A stretch of DNA of 32,000 nucleotides from an uncultured Muribaculaceae bacterium. Lineage in GTDB: Bacteria; Pseudomonadota; Alphaproteobacteria; Rs-D84. This document shows, in pieces, positions 27,068 through 32,000 of this stretch. The notes below the pieces were generated by a model. The model did no database searches. It was not told the origin of the DNA and saw only the letters and a list, made by a program, of their open reading frames with translations. Every line of letters starts with the position of its first letter. The first letter of the stretch is position 1. The translations under genes were made by a program, and so were the position numbers. The stretch is from contig OZ246409.1 in NCBI GenBank assembly GCA_965231035.1, positions 601,101-633,100 of the forward strand, read 5' to 3'.

Positions 27068-27346
27068 ATGAAGAAATTATTACTTTGTTTTATCACAGTT
27101 TTGGCCGTTTGTGGGTGTGACAAATCGCACGATTCTTTGAAATGTGGTGAATACGAAGTCACTGTGAAATTACAAGGTGATATTTTAACCACTGTGATTA
27201 ACGGCGATGCAGTTGATTTAAAGCAGGGTATTTCTGCCTCGGGGGTTCGTTATGTTGGGGTTCTTAACGATACCAATGTTGTTATGTGGAACAAGGGTGA
27301 ACATTGGACATTATTCTTGAATGATGAACCCGTTGAGTGTGAATAA
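27068..27346 (+). CDS. mliC: MliC-family lipoprotein (inhibitor of C-type lysozyme)
   Basis: Lipobox ...LAVCG|C. Core VDLKQGISASGVRY....VVMWNKGEHW closely resembles E. coli MliC (LHLKQGISASGARY...YVFWSKGDEA). Conserved Cys near both ends. 92 aa. Confidence 0.8.
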   Translation: MKKLLLCFITVLAVCGCDKSHDSLKCGEYEVTVKLQGDILTTVINGDAVDLKQGISASGVRYVGVLNDTNVVMWNKGEHWTLFLNDEPVECE

Positions 27347-27382
27347 TATTTTTTAGCATAAGTTTATTTTTAATCTATTTTA

Positions 27383-27391
27383 TGATATAAT
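27383..27391 (+). promoter_or_regulatory. Extended -10 promoter (TGATATAAT) upstream of mraY
   Basis: ATGATATAATTC, identical over 12 nt to the site at 21416-21427. AAAGGAG RBS before the ATG at 27414. Confidence 0.5.
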
Positions 27392-27413
27392 TCGGGCATG
27401 AAAAGGAGTTTTT

Positions 27414-28502
27414 ATGCTGACGGATTTTTTGTTGAATTATGGATATGATTTTTTTACCAGCGGATGGATGCAATTTGGTGCCGCTTTTGTCATATCATTT
27501 TTGATAATGCTGATATTCGGTAACTGGTTTATAAATGCTATGCGCAGTTGGCAAAAGAAAGGTCAACCAATAAACGAAGATGTTTTACAGCATCAGGCAA
27601 AATCCGGGACTCCGACCATGGGTGGTTTGCTGATTTTGGGATCAATAATATTTTCCAGTATTTTATTTATGAAATGGTCAAATCCAACCGGTTGGATTGC
27701 ATTGATGTCTTTGGTTATGTTTGGTGCCATAGGTTTCGCAGATGATTATAAAAAAGTTACCAGCCAATCAAAAAAATCATCGAACGGATTGTCCCCAAGA
27801 ATGAGATTGTTATTAGAATTTGTTTGTGTTGTAGTATTGGCACTTTTGGTAAATAAAACTATTCCGCCTTATATCCCAGAATTTTCAGTAACATTACCAT
27901 TCAGCATTATTGTTCCTTTGGGTTGGTTCTTTTATTTAATATTTTCTTACTTTGTTATAACAGGCAGTGCGAACGCAACAAACATTACAGATGGTTTGGA
28001 TGGTATGCTGACAAAACTTTATATGCCAGTTTTGGTTGTTTTAATTGTTGCATTGTATGGTGCAACACGAATTGGCTTTATGGATACCATGATGTTCCTG
28101 CCCCAGGCCAGTGGTTTGTATCCGGTTTTGGGTGCGGCTTTTGGCGCAACATTGGGATTCTTGTGGTTTAATTCAAAGCCAGCCGCAATATTTATGGGGG
28201 ATGTTGGTTCATTGGCATTGGGTGGATTTATGGGTACTGTTTCAATGCTGTTGAAATCTGAAATCATTATGGGAATTGCAGCAGGTATGATGGTTTTGAT
28301 ATTAATGTCTTCGTTTATCCAAACAATGTATTTTAAAATAACTAAAAAAATCACAGGTACAGGAAAACGTGTTTTCAAAATGGCACCATTGCATCATCAT
28401 TTTGAATTAAAAGGCTATACCGAGACAAAAATAGTTGAAAGATTTTTTATCATGTCGATACTGTTTTCTGGATTGGCATTAATTTTATTAAAGTTTGCAT
28501 AA
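27414..28502 (+). CDS. mraY: Phospho-N-acetylmuramoyl-pentapeptide transferase
   Basis: TPTMGG, NATNITDGLDG, MGDVGSLALGG, APLHHHFE. 362 aa, polytopic. Confidence 0.95.
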   Translation: MLTDFLLNYGYDFFTSGWMQFGAAFVISFLIMLIFGNWFINAMRSWQKKGQPINEDVLQHQAKSGTPTMGGLLILGSIIFSSILFMKWSNPTGWIALMSLVMFGAIGFADDYKKVTSQSKKSSNGLSPRMRLLLEFVCVVVLALLVNKTIPPYIPEFSVTLPFSIIVPLGWFFYLIFSYFVITGSANATNITDGLDGMLTKLYMPVLVVLIVALYGATRIGFMDTMMFLPQASGLYPVLGAAFGATLGFLWFNSKPAAIFMGDVGSLALGGFMGTVSMLLKSEIIMGIAAGMMVLILMSSFIQTMYFKITKKITGTGKRVFKMAPLHHHFELKGYTETKIVERFFIMSILFSGLALILLKFA

Positions 28503-28503
28503 C

Positions 28504-29640
28504 ATGCTAAAAAGAACCGAAGAAAGTAAACTTACCAGTTGGTACTTTGAAATAGACAGACGTCTGTTATTCTTTGTCATATTTTTAATATTTGTTGGTA
28601 TGTGGGCAATGGTTTCTGCGGGCAGTGTAGCCGCAGAGCGTATTAATCAGCCTTGGTATTTTTTTATTTTAAAAGCTTTGCCTTTTTACGGAATCGGTTT
28701 CGTTACTTTGTTCTTGACCAGTATGTTGGATAAAAAGTGGGTTTTAAGAATATCCGCAGCAAACGTTGCAATTTGTTTATTTTTACTTTTGGTGACATTA
28801 GTTATGCCAATGACAATCAAAGGCAGTACCAGATGGGTAGATTTGGGGTTTGTCAGCGTTATGCCAGCCGATATTATGAAGCCTGGATTTATAATGATGA
28901 CAGCCTGGTTTTTGGCAAAGATGAAAGAGAAATTTGGTAACGATATTTTCTTTAATCGTGAAGCATGGCGTACAAATCTGTTAAGCTGGTGGACATATTT
29001 GGCGATGTTGGTTCCGGCATTGTTTATAATTTTTCAACATCCAGATTTGGGTACTTTCTTGCTTTATTTTTCTGTGTTGTCGGCAATGTTATTTATCGCA
29101 GGATTGCCGTTGGTTTTAATACCGATATTTATAAGTATCGCAGGTCTGTTTGGTTTATTTGCCTTTTTTACAATGCACCATGTTCATGAGCGTATCATCA
29201 GTTTGTTTTCTGGTGTTGAAAGTTATCAGATAAAACAATCAATTCAATCAATTCAGCATGGTGGTTTGTTGGGCAGTGGTGATGATGCATTTGTGAAACA
29301 ATCTTTGCCGGATGCCCACACAGATTTTGTATTTTCTGCAATCGCAGAAGACAGTGGTGTAATACTGGCATGCGTTTTGCTTTGTATTCTTTTGTATGTT
29401 ATTAACCGTTTAACAAAAAATGCTTTGCGTGCGCGTGACCCATTTGTGTTTTATGCGGCTGGCGGTGCGGCTGCATTATTTGGTGCCCAGGTTTGTATAA
29501 ATATAATGTCAGCTTTGCATTTGTTCGCACCAAAGGGAATGACACTGCCATTCATATCATACGGCGGCAGTAGCTTTGTAGCATTTTGCCTTTTATTTGG
29601 AATGGTGCTGGCAATTATTCGTGAAGACAAATGGAAATAA
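28504..29640 (+). CDS. ftsW: SEDS-family peptidoglycan glycosyltransferase, FtsW by context
   Basis: PDAHTDFVFSAIAEDSG and TLPFISYGGSS motifs. The ATG is 1 nt after the mraY stop; the TTG at 28495 would overlap mraY. Sits between mraY and murG. Confidence 0.8.
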   Translation: MLKRTEESKLTSWYFEIDRRLLFFVIFLIFVGMWAMVSAGSVAAERINQPWYFFILKALPFYGIGFVTLFLTSMLDKKWVLRISAANVAICLFLLLVTLVMPMTIKGSTRWVDLGFVSVMPADIMKPGFIMMTAWFLAKMKEKFGNDIFFNREAWRTNLLSWWTYLAMLVPALFIIFQHPDLGTFLLYFSVLSAMLFIAGLPLVLIPIFISIAGLFGLFAFFTMHHVHERIISLFSGVESYQIKQSIQSIQHGGLLGSGDDAFVKQSLPDAHTDFVFSAIAEDSGVILACVLLCILLYVINRLTKNALRARDPFVFYAAGGAAALFGAQVCINIMSALHLFAPKGMTLPFISYGGSSFVAFCLLFGMVLAIIREDKWK

Positions 29641-29641
29641 A

Positions 29642-29663
29642 AAAAGCGGGATATCCCGCTTTT
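29642..29663. terminator. Bidirectional intrinsic terminator
   Basis: AAAAGCGGG-ATAT-CCCGCTTTT between convergent ftsW and the antisense orphan. Confidence 0.8.
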
Positions 29664-29667
29664 AATT

Positions 29668-30360
29668 TTATTTAACTTTATCTGACAATAAATGTGTACT
29701 TATATTATTCTTTATTTGTGACAGATTAATCAAAAACGATTTCAAAGGGTTAGAACCGTAATATTTCTGATTTCTTTTTTGCATTTCCTCTAATGAATAT
29801 TCGGATAAATAGGTCCTTCCTGAAGCAAAATATGTTTTAGTGTTTATACCTTCTTCGTACAATTTTGGTACCGAACAAATATAACGTTCAAAAGTACCCA
29901 TTTTTAGTGCACTGCTTTGAGCATCCATAATTTTTTGTTGTATACAAAGACCATTTGGTTTTTGCATATTATTTTCATTAATAATAAAATTAAATACTTG
30001 AAAAGGGTATTTAAGTTTAATTGAGTCAATAATATACCCTGTCATTGGATTCTCGAAAACAACCTTGTGGAATTCACCTGCAAAGCGGGCGTCCAAAGTA
30101 ACAGATTTTTTCTTTTTCTTTTTTTCCAAAAGATTAATGAACTCTTTTGGGTAATTATTATAATTAACAGTGTTCAATTCGCTGAAACGAGCAGTTATAT
30201 GAACTTCCAGGGCATTTTTAGTAAATTCGCCCAAGTTTATAACACCGTCTAATTCTGCCAAATCCAGGGTTATTGTTTTTAATAAATTTAATTCTGATAA
30301 ATCTTTGCAATTGTTGCGGGCAATTATTCTAGCCAGATTTTCATTTGATGTACGAAACAT
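29668..30360 (-). CDS. Hypothetical protein (230 aa), AT-rich orphan antisense to the cell-wall cluster
   Basis: AAGGA RBS 5 nt before the ATG. Contains EKKKKKKS encoded by A7/A5/A6 runs. No recognised domain. Confidence 0.6.
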   Translation of the reverse strand: MFRTSNENLARIIARNNCKDLSELNLLKTITLDLAELDGVINLGEFTKNALEVHITARFSELNTVNYNNYPKEFINLLEKKKKKKSVTLDARFAGEFHKVVFENPMTGYIIDSIKLKYPFQVFNFIINENNMQKPNGLCIQQKIMDAQSSALKMGTFERYICSVPKLYEEGINTKTYFASGRTYLSEYSLEEMQKRNQKYYGSNPLKSFLINLSQIKNNISTHLLSDKVK

Positions 30361-30440
30361 AACTATCCTTAACTTTTACCAAATTAATCCACACTCCGTG
30401 CAGGATTTTATAATGTTTTTGTGGAAAATCAAGCGGATTT

Positions 30441-30449
30441 TGATATAAT
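30441..30449 (+). promoter_or_regulatory. Extended -10 promoter (TGATATAAT) upstream of murG
   Basis: A perfect TGnTATAAT 25 nt upstream of the ATG at 30475. Confidence 0.5.
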
Positions 30450-30474
30450 TAACCTGTTATAAATGGAGTTTAAA

Positions 30475-31521
30475 ATGCGTATTTGGATTGCAACAGGTGG
30501 AACCGGTGGGCATGTATTCCCAGCACTCAGCGTGGCCGAAGAATTAGTAAAACGTGGACATCGCGTCACAATTTCAACCGATGGTCGTGTAATGGATATG
30601 GTTAAAAAAAGCAAACCCAAACATTCTGGTGTTGCCTTTATTTGGGCGTCCGGTGTCGGTGCAAAAAGCAAATTAATGCAGGTAATTGCACTTTCCAAAA
30701 TTGCGGTTTCCAGCGTTGCGTTGGTTTTACGATTTATGCTTTTCAGACCAGACCGGGTTGTTGCCTTTGGTGGATATGCATCTGTTCCAGCAGTTTTTGC
30801 AGCACATTTGTGGAAAATACCAACATTGTTGCATGAACAAAATGGTGCAATTGGACGCGCGAATAAGTTTACTATGCGCTGGGTCAGAACTTTGATGACC
30901 AGCTTTCCAAAGGTCGAAGGTATCGGCAACAATAAATCTTTGCGTGTTATTTATACAGGTTTACCAGTTCGTCGTGAATTTTTGGCCGCAGCAAACAGCC
31001 CTTTGAAAATGGAATCAAAAATTTTGGTAACAGGTGGTTCTTTGGGTGCGCAAATATTAGATGAAGTCGTGCCCCAGGCTTTGGCACAAATTAAAAATAA
31101 AAAAATATTTGTTGTTCATCAAACACGCCCAGAAAACGTAGCACGTCTGCAAAAATTCTATTCTGATCAAAAAATTCGTGCAAATGTTTTGTCTTTTATT
31201 CATAATATGGCCGAAGTTATAATTGGCTCCGATTTGGTTATTGGACGTGGTGGTGCCAGCACAGTTGTTGAATTGGAAACAGTTGGACGTCCTGCAATTA
31301 TCGTACCATTGGGAATAAATCCAGACCAGGCCGCGAATGCTGAAAATTTTGCCAAGACTGGTGGTGCGTTTGCAATCCCCCAGGATAAATTTACCCCAAA
31401 ATGGCTGACTGCAACATTGAATGAACTGTTCGAAAATCCTGCACGTTTAAACAAAATGGCTGAAAAAGCGTATATCCCAAATCATGCCGTAACCATGATT
31501 GCAGATGAAGTTTTGAAATAA
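30475..31521 (+). CDS. murG: UDP-N-acetylglucosamine--N-acetylmuramyl-(pentapeptide) pyrophosphoryl-undecaprenol GlcNAc transferase
   Basis: MRIWIATGGTGGHVFPA N-terminus and GRGGASTVVEL C-terminal motif. The ATG at 30475 has GGAG 6 nt upstream. The in-frame ATG at 30463 (MEFK...) is an alternative start. Confidence 0.9.
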   Translation: MRIWIATGGTGGHVFPALSVAEELVKRGHRVTISTDGRVMDMVKKSKPKHSGVAFIWASGVGAKSKLMQVIALSKIAVSSVALVLRFMLFRPDRVVAFGGYASVPAVFAAHLWKIPTLLHEQNGAIGRANKFTMRWVRTLMTSFPKVEGIGNNKSLRVIYTGLPVRREFLAAANSPLKMESKILVTGGSLGAQILDEVVPQALAQIKNKKIFVVHQTRPENVARLQKFYSDQKIRANVLSFIHNMAEVIIGSDLVIGRGGASTVVELETVGRPAIIVPLGINPDQAANAENFAKTGGAFAIPQDKFTPKWLTATLNELFENPARLNKMAEKAYIPNHAVTMIADEVLK

Positions 31522-31594
31522 TTTTTGTATTGGCATTTTTCCGCTTGCTCCGTTTTTATCATTTGTTCTATGATAGTTGCAAGAGAAGGAAATA

Positions 31595-32000
31595 ATGCGT
31601 TCAGCGGTCGTATCTATTTTAGCAATTTTTGCCTGTATTCCTGCTTTTGCAGATGTTCGTTTGCCGGTTGTTAATGTTGCGGCGGGTTCTGTTTCTGCAC
31701 GTGCTGCTTTTGGTGAACCTGATGTTGTCCAGGTCAGTCCATTAATGGTTACAACAAAAACTGCCACTGCAAAGGCAACTGCAGTGACTCCAAGACCAGC
31801 CTCGGTGGATTCTGGCGAAAAGATAATTGCGGCACGTTCTGATGTTTTAACCCCTCGTAAGCCAAGTGGCGATTTGTGGGCCAAGTCTGAAACACCTTTA
31901 CGCTTGCCAGAAAAAAATGAATTTGCAGTTGTTCGCAGTGATGTAGAACTGCCAGAAGAAGACATTCAACCAAAAATTGTTGCGCGGTCAGAATCAAATT
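31595..32000 (+). CDS. Exported protein, 5' partial (runs off the window), possibly a third member of the Cys-rich exported family
   Basis: Absent from the ORF track because it has no stop in the window. GAAGGA RBS, ATG at 31595. Signal peptide MRSAVVSILAIFACIPAFA|DV. Then a low-complexity region with AARSD/VVRSD/VARSE motifs. The frame stays open to 32000. Confidence 0.6.
   Translation, partial: MRSAVVSILAIFACIPAFADVRLPVVNVAAGSVSARAAFGEPDVVQVSPLMVTTKTATAKATAVTPRPASVDSGEKIIAARSDVLTPRKPSGDLWAKSETPLRLPEKNEFAVVRSDVELPEEDIQPKIVARSESN

Noticed and set aside
29668-30360. A leucine-rich-repeat-like periodicity at the N-terminus of the antisense orphan (LSELNLLKTITLDLAELDGVINL).
   Set aside because: Only one or two loosely matching units and no LxxLxLxxN consensus series. 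That is too weak to call.
30429-31997. Minus-strand ORFs 30429-30932, 31200-31454, 31447-31965 and 31749-31997.
   Set aside because: They are antisense to murG and to the partial exported-protein ORF. The plus-strand reading has the RBS, the signal peptide and co-directional context.

Overview
AT-rich segment from a divergent, Alphaproteobacteria-like diderm bacterium. The gene content suggests a reduced, host-associated lineage, but I cannot place it more precisely from sequence alone.

Gene order:
- A complete rrs / tRNA-Ile / rrl / rrf operon (42-5085).
- A very AT-rich islet of three orphan genes bracketed by duplicated terminator modules.
- A PagL-like outer-membrane protein.
- A Lys/Thr/Val-rich repetitive exported protein.
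- Two large paralogous Cys-rich exported proteins flanking rplU-rpmA.
- Divergent dnaQ / uvrD.
- An array of five paralogous polytopic membrane proteins: four translationally coupled on the minus strand plus one divergent.
- An orphan, rpmE, and a SuhB/IMPase-family protein with a degenerate active site.
- A fragmented cell-wall (dcw-like) cluster, mrcA-mliC-mraY-ftsW-[antisense AT-rich orphan]-murG, followed by a partial exported protein that runs off the window.

I saw no transposase, integrase, CRISPR array or prophage genes.

The best candidate for an undescribed system is the five-gene membrane-protein array (16098-22786). Its architecture is TrbL/VirB6-like, but no other type IV secretion genes lie in the window. 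It may be linked to the lineage-specific family of giant Cys-rich exported proteins (7963-10044, 10941-13244, possibly 31595->32000). One of these ends in a eukaryote-like GCC2/GCC3 cysteine repeat.

All functional calls come from motif recognition by eye. No database search was run.
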